Source: an uncultured Bacteroidota bacterium | Lineage (GTDB): Bacteria > Bacteroidota > Bacteroidia > Flavobacteriales > Flavobacteriaceae | DNA: 64,000 bases | Assembly (NCBI GenBank): GCA_902518355.1 | Contig: CABYFY010000003.1 | Location: 73,502-137,501 of the forward strand | Direction of reading: 5' to 3' | The notes under the pieces: generated by a model | Databases searched by the model: none | What the model saw: only the letters and a program-made list of their open reading frames with translations | What the model was told of the DNA's origin: nothing | Part shown: piece after piece, positions 29,608 through 39,322 of the stretch | Position numbering within the stretch: the first letter of the stretch is position 1 | How the letters are laid out: each line of letters begins with the position of its first letter | Translations under genes and position numbers: made by a program

Positions 29608-29646
29608 GATTTTATCCTTTTTTTTTGATTTTATCCTTTTTTTTTT
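29608..29646. repeat. tandem direct repeat, 2 x ~19 bp (GATTTTATCCTTTTTTTTT)
   Basis: Read directly at 29608-29626 and 29627-29646, in the divergent intergenic region upstream of the response-regulator gene. Confidence 0.9.
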
Positions 29647-29674
29647 ATTAAATTTAAATAACAAATCTTACGTT

Positions 29675-30352
29675 TTGGGTTCAGAAAATTTTAAAATTCT
29701 ATTAGTTGATGACGAACCTGATATTCTTGAAATTATTTCTTACACGTTAAAAAGCGACGGATATCTTGTTTATACTGCAGACAACGGAGTTAAAGCAATT
29801 GAACTTGCAAAAAAAGTAAAACCTGAATTGATAATTTTAGATGTAATGATGCCGGAAATGGACGGTATTGAAGCATGTGAAATTATTAGAAATGATTCAG
29901 AAATTGGAAATTCATTAATTGTATTCCTTTCTGCTAGAGGGGAAGACTACAGTCAGATAGCTGGTTTTAATGCTGGTGCAGATGATTATATTACAAAACC
30001 TATCAAACCAAAGGTTTTAAAAAGTAAAATTAAATCCCTGTTAAGAAGGATTACCAAGGAGGAAGGAGATCTCATTAAATTAGGATCTTTAATTGTTGAT
30101 AGGTCTGGATACAAAGTGTCTCTCAGTGGAAAAGATATTTCTTTGCCGAGAAAAGAATTTGAATTATTATTTTTGTTATGCTCAAAGCCAGGTAAAGTTT
30201 TTAAAAGAGAATTTATCTTAGAATCAGTTTGGGGTAAGGATGTTGTGGTTGGAGATAGAACCATTGATGTTCATATTAGAAAATTGAGAGAAAAAATTGG
30301 AGATTCTTGCTTTAAAACAGTTAAAGGAGTTGGGTATAAATTTCAAAATTAA
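29675..30352 (+). CDS. OmpR/PhoB-family response regulator
   Basis: Receiver domain (ILLVDDEPDI, DVMMPEMDG, KP) and a winged-helix output domain ending GVGYKF. TTG start. Confidence 0.92.
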   Translation: MGSENFKILLVDDEPDILEIISYTLKSDGYLVYTADNGVKAIELAKKVKPELIILDVMMPEMDGIEACEIIRNDSEIGNSLIVFLSARGEDYSQIAGFNAGADDYITKPIKPKVLKSKIKSLLRRITKEEGDLIKLGSLIVDRSGYKVSLSGKDISLPRKEFELLFLLCSKPGKVFKREFILESVWGKDVVVGDRTIDVHIRKLREKIGDSCFKTVKGVGYKFQN

Positions 30353-31389
30353 TGCCATCAGAAAATAACTTTAACCCTTATAAATTTTCTTTACTTTCAT
30401 CCTTATATATTTCAATAGGTACATATTTTGTAAATAACTATAGTGACTTAACCATTTCTTTAAAGTCGGTTTTAGTTTCATTTATAATTTTTGTTTTAAG
30501 TTTTCTTGTTATTCAGTTAAGAGTGAAAAAGTTATTTTTTGAAAGAGTCAGACAAATTTATCAGGATTTAGAATTTGAAAGCGACTCTTTAATTCAAACG
30601 TCAGTTATCGACTCAGACATGAATTCCTTTGCAAAGGATTTAGAAGAGTTTGTAAAATTAAAAAGGTCCGAAATAGAGTCCTTAAAAAAAGAAGATCTGT
30701 ACAGAAAAGAGTTTGTCGGAAATGTAGCACACGAACTTAAAACACCACTCTTTGCCATTGAAGGTTATATATCAAATCTGTTAGACGGAGCAATGAATGA
30801 TAAAGAATTACTTAAAAAATATTTAAAAAGAGCTGAAAAAAGTGTTGATCGACTCACTTATATAATTAAAGATTTAGATCTTATAACTCAATTAGAATCA
30901 TCAACTCTAAAACTACAAATCACGTCATTTGATATTGTTAAACTAACAGAAGAGATAATCGAGGATTTGGAAATTAGTGCCTCAAAAAAAAATATAAAAA
31001 TCATTTTCAACAAAATATATGAAAATGAAATTTTAGTAGATGCTGACAGGAATAGGATTGAGCAGGTATTGACTAATCTTATTACAAATTCAATCAATTA
31101 TGGGGCTGAAAAAGGAACAACGGAGATAAGTTTTGAATCTGATGAAAAAAATATAATGATAAAAGTAAATGATAATGGTGAAGGTATAAGTGAAGAAAAT
31201 ATGCCAAGACTTTTTCAAAGATTTTTTAGAGTAGATGTTAGTAGGAGTAGAAGTCAAGGTGGTTCTGGGCTTGGTTTAGCAATAGTTAAGCATATTATTG
31301 ATGCTCATAATGAAAACATTTATGTGCAATCAACTGTAGGTATTGGAAGTGAATTTTCTTTTTCTTTAAAAAAATCAAAAGTCCTATAA
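30352..31389 (+). CDS. sensor histidine kinase, cognate to the preceding regulator
   Basis: H-box VAHELKTPLFAIEGY, N-box LTNLITNSINY, G-boxes DNGEGI and GGSGLGLAIV. Its start overlaps the regulator's stop. Confidence 0.92.
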   Translation: MPSENNFNPYKFSLLSSLYISIGTYFVNNYSDLTISLKSVLVSFIIFVLSFLVIQLRVKKLFFERVRQIYQDLEFESDSLIQTSVIDSDMNSFAKDLEEFVKLKRSEIESLKKEDLYRKEFVGNVAHELKTPLFAIEGYISNLLDGAMNDKELLKKYLKRAEKSVDRLTYIIKDLDLITQLESSTLKLQITSFDIVKLTEEIIEDLEISASKKNIKIIFNKIYENEILVDADRNRIEQVLTNLITNSINYGAEKGTTEISFESDEKNIMIKVNDNGEGISEENMPRLFQRFFRVDVSRSRSQGGSGLGLAIVKHIIDAHNENIYVQSTVGIGSEFSFSLKKSKVL

Positions 31390-31399
31390 ATTAATTGTC

Positions 31400-32077
31400 T
31401 TGGGTAGTAAAAATAAATTAAAGAGGTTCTCAGAAAATTTGACATTCAAAAATGTTATTCAACCCGAAAGAGATGTAATTGTCAATAACAATTTTAAATT
31501 CAAGGGAAATTGGAGTAAACTAATTTTTAAAAATAAAAATCCAATTGTAGTTGAATTGGGATGTGGAAAAGGGGAGTATTCAGTAGCTTTAGCTAAAGAA
31601 AATCCTGAAACAAATTACATCGGAATAGATATTAAGGGTGCGCGTTTTTGGAAAGGAGCAAAAGATGCAATTGAAAACAAATTAAACAATGTTGTTTTTT
31701 TAAGAACCCAAATTGAATTAATCGAAAAAATTTTTAATAAAAATGAAGTCTCAGAAATTTGGATAACCTTTCCTGATCCACAAATTAAACTTAAAAGAGA
31801 AAAACACAGACTGGTTAATTTAAACTTTATTAAGCAGTACAGGGAAATAATGGTTAGTGGAGGGATAATTAATCTTAAAACTGATAGTGAATTTTTACAC
31901 GGCTATATGCTTGGATTAATTAGCGTGAATGATTTTCTTGAGTTGATTTATTCAAATCATGATATATATAAACAAACTGGATCTCCAAAATATGTTACGG
32001 ACATTAAAACATTTTATGAGTCAAAATTTTTAGAAGAAAATAAGCCAATAACATATCTAAGCTTTAGGGTTAATTAA
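31400..32077 (+). CDS. trmB: tRNA (guanine46-N7)-methyltransferase
   Basis: SAM-binding ELGCGKGEY and the FPDPQIK block typical of TrmB. TTG start. Confidence 0.9.
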   Translation: MGSKNKLKRFSENLTFKNVIQPERDVIVNNNFKFKGNWSKLIFKNKNPIVVELGCGKGEYSVALAKENPETNYIGIDIKGARFWKGAKDAIENKLNNVVFLRTQIELIEKIFNKNEVSEIWITFPDPQIKLKREKHRLVNLNFIKQYREIMVSGGIINLKTDSEFLHGYMLGLISVNDFLELIYSNHDIYKQTGSPKYVTDIKTFYESKFLEENKPITYLSFRVN

Positions 32078-32083
32078 TGTGGA

Positions 32084-32416
32084 ATGGATTCAAAAAAAGA
32101 TTTTTTTCAGAAAGTATATAAAGTTGTAAAATTAATACCACCAGGAAGGGTTAGTACTTATGGATTAATTGCCAGATATTTGGGATCAATAAGCAGCTCC
32201 AGAGTTGTTGGTTATGCAATGAATGCCTCTCACAGTAACCCAACTATTCCTGCCCATAGAGTAGTAAATAGGCTTGGGATATTAACAGGCAAACATCATT
32301 TTGCCGGCTCAAATCTTATGAGAAATCTTCTTGAAAGTGAAGGAATTACAGTAAAAAATGACCAAGTCATGAACTTCAAAAATCTTGTTTGGGATCCATC
32401 CAAAGAATTAAATTAA
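32084..32416 (+). CDS. alkyltransferase-like (ATL) protein: MGMT DNA-binding domain without the acceptor cysteine
   Basis: IPPGRVSTYGLIA helix-turn-helix region. The active-site pentapeptide reads PAHRV instead of PCHRV (GCC codon at 32252-32254). Confidence 0.85.
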   Translation: MDSKKDFFQKVYKVVKLIPPGRVSTYGLIARYLGSISSSRVVGYAMNASHSNPTIPAHRVVNRLGILTGKHHFAGSNLMRNLLESEGITVKNDQVMNFKNLVWDPSKELN

Positions 32417-32458
32417 TTCTGTTTATTTTTTTTATTCAACGTATATTTGTAAAAAATT

Positions 32459-33574
32459 TTGATTTTGGAGTTATCTAAGAAAAATATTCTTTCACTTATT
32501 GAAAAAAATAAGAAGAAAGATTTTAAAATAATTAATCTGAATATTTTTGGTAGTGAGATTTTATTAGATATTGAAACTAATAATCCCACATTACAATCAA
32601 AAAAAAACATTGAAAATTCAATAAAAGAAATTATTTCTGAAAATTTCATTGAAAAAGTTGAACTTAAGATTAATTTCAAGGTTGAAAAAACCGAATCACC
32701 TCAAAATCAAATTAAAGGAAATCCAATAAAAGGTATACAAAATGTTATCGCGATTGCATCTGGAAAAGGTGGAGTTGGTAAATCTACAGTTACTTCAAAT
32801 ATTGCAATTACATTATCAAAAATGGGATTTAAAGTGGGTATTCTAGATGCAGACATCTATGGTCCTTCAATTCCTATCATGTTTGATATAACTAATGAAA
32901 GACCTTTAAGTGTAAATGTAGATGGTAAAAATAAAATGAAACCCATTGAAAGCTATGGTGTTAAAATTTTATCAATAGGATTTTTCACAAAACCAGATCA
33001 AGCTGTGATATGGAGAGGACCAATGGCCTCAAAAGCTTTAAATCAGATGATATTTGATGCTACTTGGGGTGAGCTTGATTTTCTATTGGTTGACTTGCCC
33101 CCCGGAACGGGTGATATTCATTTAAGTATTCTGCAAGCTTTACCGGTAACAGGAAGTGTAATAATTAGCACCCCGCAAAATATTGCCTTAGCAGACGCAA
33201 GAAAGGGTATTGCAATGTTTAATCAAAAGAGTATAAACGTTCCAGTTCTTGGAATCATCGAAAACATGGCATATTTCACCCCTTTTGAATTACCTGAAAA
33301 CAAGTATTATATTTTTGGAAAAGACGGTGCAAAAAACCTGTCTCAGGATATGAATGTTAAGTTACTTGGTGAAGTTCCAATTGTACAAAGTATTAGAGAA
33401 GCTTCTGACTTTGGTCATCCTGCTTCATTACAAGAAAATTCTAAAATTTCATTAACTTTCGAAGAGATTTCTAAAAATTTAGTGTCGCAGTTGGTAAAAA
33501 GAAACAAAGATTTACCACCCTCCGAGATAATAAAAATTACAACAATGGCAGGTTGTTCTGCTGTAAGTAAATAA
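32459..33574 (+). CDS. mrp: Mrp/NBP35/ApbC-family Fe-S cluster carrier ATPase
   Basis: Deviant Walker A IASGKGGVGKST and the CxxC-type C-terminal region. TTG start, so the exact start is uncertain. Confidence 0.9.
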   Translation: MILELSKKNILSLIEKNKKKDFKIINLNIFGSEILLDIETNNPTLQSKKNIENSIKEIISENFIEKVELKINFKVEKTESPQNQIKGNPIKGIQNVIAIASGKGGVGKSTVTSNIAITLSKMGFKVGILDADIYGPSIPIMFDITNERPLSVNVDGKNKMKPIESYGVKILSIGFFTKPDQAVIWRGPMASKALNQMIFDATWGELDFLLVDLPPGTGDIHLSILQALPVTGSVIISTPQNIALADARKGIAMFNQKSINVPVLGIIENMAYFTPFELPENKYYIFGKDGAKNLSQDMNVKLLGEVPIVQSIREASDFGHPASLQENSKISLTFEEISKNLVSQLVKRNKDLPPSEIIKITTMAGCSAVSK

Positions 33575-33575
33575 A

Positions 33576-33812
33576 ATGAAAAAAACATTAATAAATAATA
33601 TCGAAAATGCTCTTGAGGAAATTCGACCATTTCTAAATAATGATGGTGGAGATATTTCATTAGTAAGTGTTGAAAACAAAACTGTAAAAGTTAAGTTTGA
33701 AGGTGCATGTTCAACATGCACTGTTAATCAGATGACTTTAAAATCAGGTGTGGAAATGATCATAAAAAAACACGTACCTGAAATTGAAAAAGTAATTAGT
33801 GTAGAGGTCTAA
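33576..33812 (+). CDS. NifU C-terminal-domain (Nfu-type) Fe-S scaffold protein
   Basis: 78 aa with IRPFLNNDGGDI and CSTC motifs. Confidence 0.88.
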   Translation: MKKTLINNIENALEEIRPFLNNDGGDISLVSVENKTVKVKFEGACSTCTVNQMTLKSGVEMIIKKHVPEIEKVISVEV

Positions 33813-34865
33813 ATGATAAAAACGGACATTTTAATTATTGGGGCAGGTCCTGTGGGCTTATTTGCAGTTTTTGAAGCTGGTTTACTAAAAATGAAATGTC
33901 ATTTGATTGATATACTCCCCAAAGCTGGTGGTCAATGCATCGAATTATATCCCAAAAAACCTATTTATGATATTCCTGGTTACCCTGAAATTCTAGCAGG
34001 TGATCTGATAAATAACCTTATCGAGCAGGGTCGTCAGTTTGAGCCAGGATATACCCTGGGCGAAAAAGCTGAAAAACTTGAGAAGAAGTCTGATGGTTCG
34101 TTCGTTGTCACCACAAATAAGGGAACAAAACATAATGCACCAATAGTTGTAATTGCAGGCGGTTTAGGTGGATTTCAGCCAAGAAAACCGAATTTTGAAG
34201 GTATTGAGGAATTTGAGGATAAAGGAGTCTCTTATTTTATCAAAGAGCCAAGCATTTATAAGGGTAAAAATGTAGTTATTTCTGGTGGAGGTGATTCAGC
34301 TTTGGATTGGACAATTGAGCTTGCAAAAATTGCAAAAAGAGTAACATTAGTTCACAGAAGAAACGAATTTAGAGGTGCAAGTGATTCTGTTGAAAAAGTT
34401 CAAAAATTAAAAAACGATAATAACATAGATCTTATTACCCCCGCAGAGGTTTATAAATTAAAAGGCTCCAAACATTTAGAAAAGGTTTTGATAAATAAAG
34501 AGAATGAAGAAATTGAAATAAGTGCTGATTTTTTTATTCCATTATTTGGTTTAACTCCTAAACTAGGGTCAATTTCAGACTGGGGATTAGAAATTGAAAA
34601 AAATTCGATAGTTGTCAATAATTCTCTAGATTATCAAACAAATATTCCAGGTGTCTTTGCGATAGGTGATATAAATACTTACCCCGGAAAATTAAATTTA
34701 ATTTTGTGTGGATTTCATGAAGCAGCATTAATGTGTCAAGCTGCATTTAAAATAATTAATCCTGATAAAAAGTTCATTTTAAAATACACCACTGTTTCGG
34801 GGGTTGCAGGATTTGACGGATCATTAAAGAAAGCTGAGGGATCAGTAGTAAAGTCTATTAAATAG
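33813..34865 (+). CDS. thioredoxin-reductase-like ferredoxin--NADP(+) reductase
   Basis: FAD-binding ILIIGAGPVGLFA, a second dinucleotide fold VISGGGDSALDW, and GDI near the C-terminus. Confidence 0.85.
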   Translation: MIKTDILIIGAGPVGLFAVFEAGLLKMKCHLIDILPKAGGQCIELYPKKPIYDIPGYPEILAGDLINNLIEQGRQFEPGYTLGEKAEKLEKKSDGSFVVTTNKGTKHNAPIVVIAGGLGGFQPRKPNFEGIEEFEDKGVSYFIKEPSIYKGKNVVISGGGDSALDWTIELAKIAKRVTLVHRRNEFRGASDSVEKVQKLKNDNNIDLITPAEVYKLKGSKHLEKVLINKENEEIEISADFFIPLFGLTPKLGSISDWGLEIEKNSIVVNNSLDYQTNIPGVFAIGDINTYPGKLNLILCGFHEAALMCQAAFKIINPDKKFILKYTTVSGVAGFDGSLKKAEGSVVKSIK

Positions 34866-34894
34866 TCTTTTCAAAAACAAACATTCAAGCTGAA

Positions 34895-35764
34895 TTAGAA
34901 TTTAAAATTAGGATTTAAATTTTTATAATCGTGAGAGTATGTCTCTTGTTCAGACGACCTCAAATCAGTCCATGTTTTATTTTCAATTTGTTCGTTAATA
35001 GCGTCCCATAAGAGAATTCTTTTTTCAAGTGCTTCAATTGAAATTTCTTCAATTTCTTTCCATTTTTCATGGTCATTTTCGGCTAACATTGATACCATTT
35101 CAAGTGCCATTGGACCGTGTTCGTCTTCGTCTAATTCAATATGTCTTTCAAAGTAATATATCAACTTAGATATATCTCCTTCAGTAACATTCTTTTCAAA
35201 TTCTCTAAGAATTTCATTAAACATGTTTGGAATTAAATTCTCTCTTCCAAATGTAAAAATTGCCGCAATTTTATGAGGTTTACCTTCCTTGATTACGGAA
35301 AAAGTAAAGTTTAAAAACTCCTTAATATTCTCATGAATTTTTAGATTTTCAATTGCCTTGAAAATATCTTCAGAATTAGCAATTTGATTAATTATTTCAA
35401 CAGGTTTTTCAGGTTTAGCACCAATATCAATCATCGCATCTAAATACAACTCATAGTGACTTTTTCTTTCACCAGCTTGGTTAATGTCAGTTTCTTCTGC
35501 CAGAACAATTTCATTAATCAAATATGCTGTTTGAGAATTTTTATTAGGAAGCCATGGTGTTTTTGTACAAGTCAATCTTATTTGTAAAGCTTTTAAAAGA
35601 GACATAAAGTCCCAAACGGCGTAAATATGATTCTCTGTGAATAACTGTAAATCTTTAATAGTCTCAATATTAGAATACAATTTGTGCTCAAGTAGCCTGT
35701 CTCTATGATTCTTAATTTTTTCCTGTATATTATCTATGTTCATTTGCAATTTATTTAAAAGCAT
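34895..35764 (-). CDS. DUF3050-like (haem-oxygenase-fold) protein
   Basis: HIYAVWDFMSLLKALQ block recalled from DUF3050. An alternative start at 35743 (MNIDNIQ) would remove the 14-nt overlap with the upstream gene. Confidence 0.65.
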   Translation of the reverse strand: MLLNKLQMNIDNIQEKIKNHRDRLLEHKLYSNIETIKDLQLFTENHIYAVWDFMSLLKALQIRLTCTKTPWLPNKNSQTAYLINEIVLAEETDINQAGERKSHYELYLDAMIDIGAKPEKPVEIINQIANSEDIFKAIENLKIHENIKEFLNFTFSVIKEGKPHKIAAIFTFGRENLIPNMFNEILREFEKNVTEGDISKLIYYFERHIELDEDEHGPMALEMVSMLAENDHEKWKEIEEISIEALEKRILLWDAINEQIENKTWTDLRSSEQETYSHDYKNLNPNFKF

Positions 35765-36929
35765 TTAATCCAGTAATATCTAATCCTGTGATTAGTAAAT
35801 GTACATCATGAGTGCCTTCATAGGTTATAACACTTTCTAGGTTCATCATGTGTCTCATAATCGAGTACTCTCCAGTGATTCCCATTCCACCTAAAATTTG
35901 TCTGGCTTCTCTAGCTACTTTTATTGCCATTTCAACATTATTTCTTTTTGCCATTGATATTTGTGCAGATGATGCTTTTCCCTCATTCTTTAATACACCT
36001 AATCTCCATGCCAGAAGTTGTGCTTTAGTAATTTCAGTAATCATTTCTGCTAACTTCTTTTGTTGTAATTGAAATCCTCCAATTGGTCTTCCAAATTGAA
36101 CTCTTTCTTTACTGTATCTAAGTGCAGTATCATAGCAATCCATAGCCGCTCCTACAGCTCCCCATGCAATTCCATACCTAGCAGAGTCAAGACAGCCTAA
36201 CGGAGCCCCAAGTCCAGATTTATTAGGAAGTAAATTTTCTTTTGGAACCTTAACGTCATTAAAAATCAGCTCACCGGTTGAACTAGCCCTTAATGACCAT
36301 TTGTTGTGTGTTTCAGGTGTTGTAAAGCCTTCCATTCCTCTCTCTACAATTAAACCGTGTATTCTTCCTTCTTCATTTTTTGCCCAAACAATTGCAATAT
36401 CAGCAAATGGAGAATTGGATATCCATAATTTTGCACCATTTAAAAGGTAGTGGTCTCCTTTATCTTTATAGTTTGTGGTCATTCCACCTGGATTTGAGCC
36501 ATGGTCTGGCTCCGTCAACCCAAAACAGCCCATTAATTCACCTGTTGCAAGTTTTGGTAGAAATCTCATTTTTTGTTCCTCATTTCCATACTTCCAAATT
36601 GGATACATAACAAGTGATGATTGAACAGATGCTGTGGATCTAATTCCCGAGTCACCTCTTTCAATTTCTTGCATTATAAGTCCGTATGAAATTTGGTCTA
36701 AACCAGGCCCACCGTATTCTTCAGGAATGTAAGGTCCATAAGCTCCAATATCTGCCAACTCTTTTATTAAATGATTTGGAAATTCTGCTTTTTGAGCATA
36801 TTCCTCAATGATAGGTGAAACAGATTTCTTAACCCATTCTCTGGCTGAGTCTCTTATTAATTTATGTTCATCAGTGAGAAGGTCATCTAGGTTATAGTAA
36901 TCTGGTGCTTCAAACAAATCCGGTTTCAT
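35751..36929 (-). CDS. acyl-CoA dehydrogenase, glutaryl-CoA dehydrogenase-like
   Basis: 392 aa with GCFGLTEPDHGSNP and YEGTHDVH blocks typical of the ACAD/GCDH family. Confidence 0.88.
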   Translation of the reverse strand: MKPDLFEAPDYYNLDDLLTDEHKLIRDSAREWVKKSVSPIIEEYAQKAEFPNHLIKELADIGAYGPYIPEEYGGPGLDQISYGLIMQEIERGDSGIRSTASVQSSLVMYPIWKYGNEEQKMRFLPKLATGELMGCFGLTEPDHGSNPGGMTTNYKDKGDHYLLNGAKLWISNSPFADIAIVWAKNEEGRIHGLIVERGMEGFTTPETHNKWSLRASSTGELIFNDVKVPKENLLPNKSGLGAPLGCLDSARYGIAWGAVGAAMDCYDTALRYSKERVQFGRPIGGFQLQQKKLAEMITEITKAQLLAWRLGVLKNEGKASSAQISMAKRNNVEMAIKVAREARQILGGMGITGEYSIMRHMMNLESVITYEGTHDVHLLITGLDITGLNAFK

Positions 36930-36986
36930 AATTAAATTTTTTACAAATTTAAATAATGGTAATCGAAGTTTAAATTATTTTGGGGT

Positions 36987-38078
36987 TTATTTCTCATTAA
37001 AAAAGCGTGAAATTAGCGAATGAAAATGATGCACGCCTTTTTCCTTTGTGGGAGAAAATCTTCCTGTATTATAAAATGCAGAATTTACACCCTTTTGTAC
37101 GCTTTGAACTATTTCTTCATCCTCCATTTCAACTTTATCTAAATCACCACTTGCACCTGTATTTAGCTTTGATTTATCAAAAACATAAGATCTAAACAAA
37201 ATTTTAGTTTTTGAAATTTCAATAGGGCAGACTAGATTAATTGATATGCCCCATGGATAAAAGTTTAACATTAAGTTTGGAAATAACCAATAATAATAAG
37301 CAGCAATGTTTTTACCATAATCTTTATGGTTTTTTGGAATGGTAAAACATTCTTCAACTTTTTTAGAATATCCAATTTGAATATTATAATATTCATAAAT
37401 TTCAGTATCATAATTATTGTAATCAAGTACATCGTTAAGATCTTTATGAACAAAGGGCACGTGAAAACCTTCTAAATAATTATCACAGTATAACGCCCAG
37501 TTTGCATTAATTATATAATCTTTGGACAATGTCTCATCTAACTTAAATTTTTCAAGTGGTAAAAATGAGATTCTGTCGTTAATCGTTTTAAAAATATTTT
37601 CAATTTGAAAACTTGGACTAAGACCAACAAAAAGTAAACTATTCCAAGAAAATAAAGAAAAGTTGTTTAGATTGTCACATTCTCTTGGGAAATTAGCGGT
37701 TTCCTCAAACTCTGGCATGTATTCATATTTTCCTGTGTTATCAAATCTTCTTCCGTGATATTTACATGTTATTTTTTTTGACTTACACTTTTCTTTGATT
37801 AATAAATTACCTCTATGAGTACAAACATTTGAAAAGCAGGTTAATTTATCTTCCTCAGAGCAAGATACTAATACAGGTTCATCAAGAAATTCTGGTAAAA
37901 TATTATAAGGAATGATTGTATTTTTTTCTTTTAATAAAGTGTCATCTCCAATCCAATGCCAAGATCTTAAAAAGATTTTTTTCTTTGATATATCAAATAA
38001 ATTTTCATCTTTATAAAATTTAGCTGGAAGAGTTTCTGCCAGTCTAATGTCTTTGTTTACAGTTATTTTAGTTACCAT
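36987..38078 (-). CDS. Rieske non-haem-iron oxygenase, alpha-subunit-like, substrate unknown
   Basis: Rieske motif CTHRG..(18)..CKYHG, and a mononuclear-iron region NYLEGFHVPFVHKD. Confidence 0.85.
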   Translation of the reverse strand: MVTKITVNKDIRLAETLPAKFYKDENLFDISKKKIFLRSWHWIGDDTLLKEKNTIIPYNILPEFLDEPVLVSCSEEDKLTCFSNVCTHRGNLLIKEKCKSKKITCKYHGRRFDNTGKYEYMPEFEETANFPRECDNLNNFSLFSWNSLLFVGLSPSFQIENIFKTINDRISFLPLEKFKLDETLSKDYIINANWALYCDNYLEGFHVPFVHKDLNDVLDYNNYDTEIYEYYNIQIGYSKKVEECFTIPKNHKDYGKNIAAYYYWLFPNLMLNFYPWGISINLVCPIEISKTKILFRSYVFDKSKLNTGASGDLDKVEMEDEEIVQSVQKGVNSAFYNTGRFSPTKEKGVHHFHSLISRFFNEK

Positions 38079-38083
38079 AATTT

Positions 38084-38608
38084 CTAAATATAAATTTTTA
38101 ACAAGCCTTCGGGAAGGTCCATTTTTATGGTTTTATTAATTCTGTCTAATTCTAAAATAAAGTCATCATTAACAGGAATTAATACTTCTTTATCATTGCT
38201 GTTAATCACAAAAAGGTGCTGAGGTGTTTGATCATTTATATACTCAATTTCACCGATTTTACCATGTCTAATATCTTCAACTTGAAAACCATTAACTTCG
38301 TGATAATAAAATCTTTTGCCGTCAAGCTTAGGAAGTTCATTAATTGGTAAAAAAATTTCTTTATTGATAAGATTTAATGCCATTGACTCATTTTCAATAT
38401 CTTCAAATTTTACTCTGACACTATTGTTTTTATATTTTGATATGTCAGAAATAAAATATGGTAGGTAGCTATCATCTTCTTTTACATACACCTTTTTTAA
38501 ATCGTAGTATGTTGAAGGGCTATCGGTATCCAAAAAAATTATTAACTCTCCTTTGAAGCTAAACTTCCTTGTTATTTTACCTAAATAGAAAAATTTACTT
38601 TGATTCAT
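38084..38608 (-). CDS. rimM: 16S rRNA processing protein RimM
   Basis: 174 aa, G.I.R.FSFKGEL start and a PRC-barrel C-terminus. Directly downstream of rpsP. Confidence 0.88.
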   Translation of the reverse strand: MNQSKFFYLGKITRKFSFKGELIIFLDTDSPSTYYDLKKVYVKEDDSYLPYFISDISKYKNNSVRVKFEDIENESMALNLINKEIFLPINELPKLDGKRFYYHEVNGFQVEDIRHGKIGEIEYINDQTPQHLFVINSNDKEVLIPVNDDFILELDRINKTIKMDLPEGLLKIYI

Positions 38609-38661
38609 AGATTAGTGTAGACTATCTATAAATTTAAAAAATTAATGATAAATAACTTAAG

Positions 38662-39276
38662 TTATTTTGATTCCTCATCAGAATCCTCTTCTGCTGGAGC
38701 TTCCTCTGCTGGAGCTTCTTCTGCTGGAGCTTCTTCTGCTGGAGCTTCCTCTGCTGGAGCCTCTTCTGCTGGAGCCTCTTCTGCTGGAGCTTCTTCTGCT
38801 GGAGCTTCTTCTGCTGGAGCAGCTAAAGCTTCTTCTTGGGCTTTGATTCTTGCTTCATTAGCAATTTTTTCGTTTTCGAGAGCTTTGGCTTTTTTCTCTT
38901 CTTTGAGTTTTTGCAGTTCAGACTTCTTTTTGTCAATTCTTTGAGCTTTTTCATCTAACCAAGCATCAAATCTTTTTTCGGCTTCTTCTTCGTTGAAAGC
39001 CCCTTTAATTACACCACCTAATAGGTGATATTTTAACATAACCCCTTTATATGAAAGGATGTTTCTTGCAGTTTTAGTTGGTTGAGCTCCATTTTGAAGC
39101 CACTTAACTGAAGAGTCAATATCAATTTCTATTGTTGCTGGGTTTGTGTTTGGATTATAAGTGCCTAATTTTTCAAGGTATTTTCCGTCTCTTTTAGAAC
39201 GCGAGTCTGCTGCGACAATCCAGTAAAATGGTTTACCTTTTTTACCGTGTCTTTGTAGTCTTATTTTTACTGACAT
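38662..39276 (-). CDS. rpsP: 30S ribosomal protein S16 with a long C-terminal extension ending in (APAEE)x9
   Basis: [31 protein letters not shown] is canonical S16. The extension is Lys/Glu-rich, then repetitive. Confidence 0.95.
   Translation of the reverse strand: MSVKIRLQRHGKKGKPFYWIVAADSRSKRDGKYLEKLGTYNPNTNPATIEIDIDSSVKWLQNGAQPTKTARNILSYKGVMLKYHLLGGVIKGAFNEEEAEKRFDAWLDEKAQRIDKKKSELQKLKEEKKAKALENEKIANEARIKAQEEALAAPAEEAPAEEAPAEEAPAEEAPAEEAPAEEAPAEEAPAEEAPAEEDSDEESK
38686..38820 (-). repeat. nine tandem 15-bp units (TTCYTCTGCTGGAGC on the plus strand) encoding (APAEE)9 in the rpsP tail
   Basis: Read directly. The units differ only at synonymous positions (TCC/TTC, GCT/GCC). Confidence 0.95.
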
Positions 39277-39322
39277 AATTATTAAATTTTAAGGTTCTCG
39301 ACCAAGTTTATTAATGAGCTGG

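Noticed and set aside
38645-38944. Plus-strand 99-aa ORF with (SSAGA)n repeats.
   Set aside because: It is the antisense reading of the rpsP (APAEE)9 tail. The minus-strand gene is unambiguous S16.
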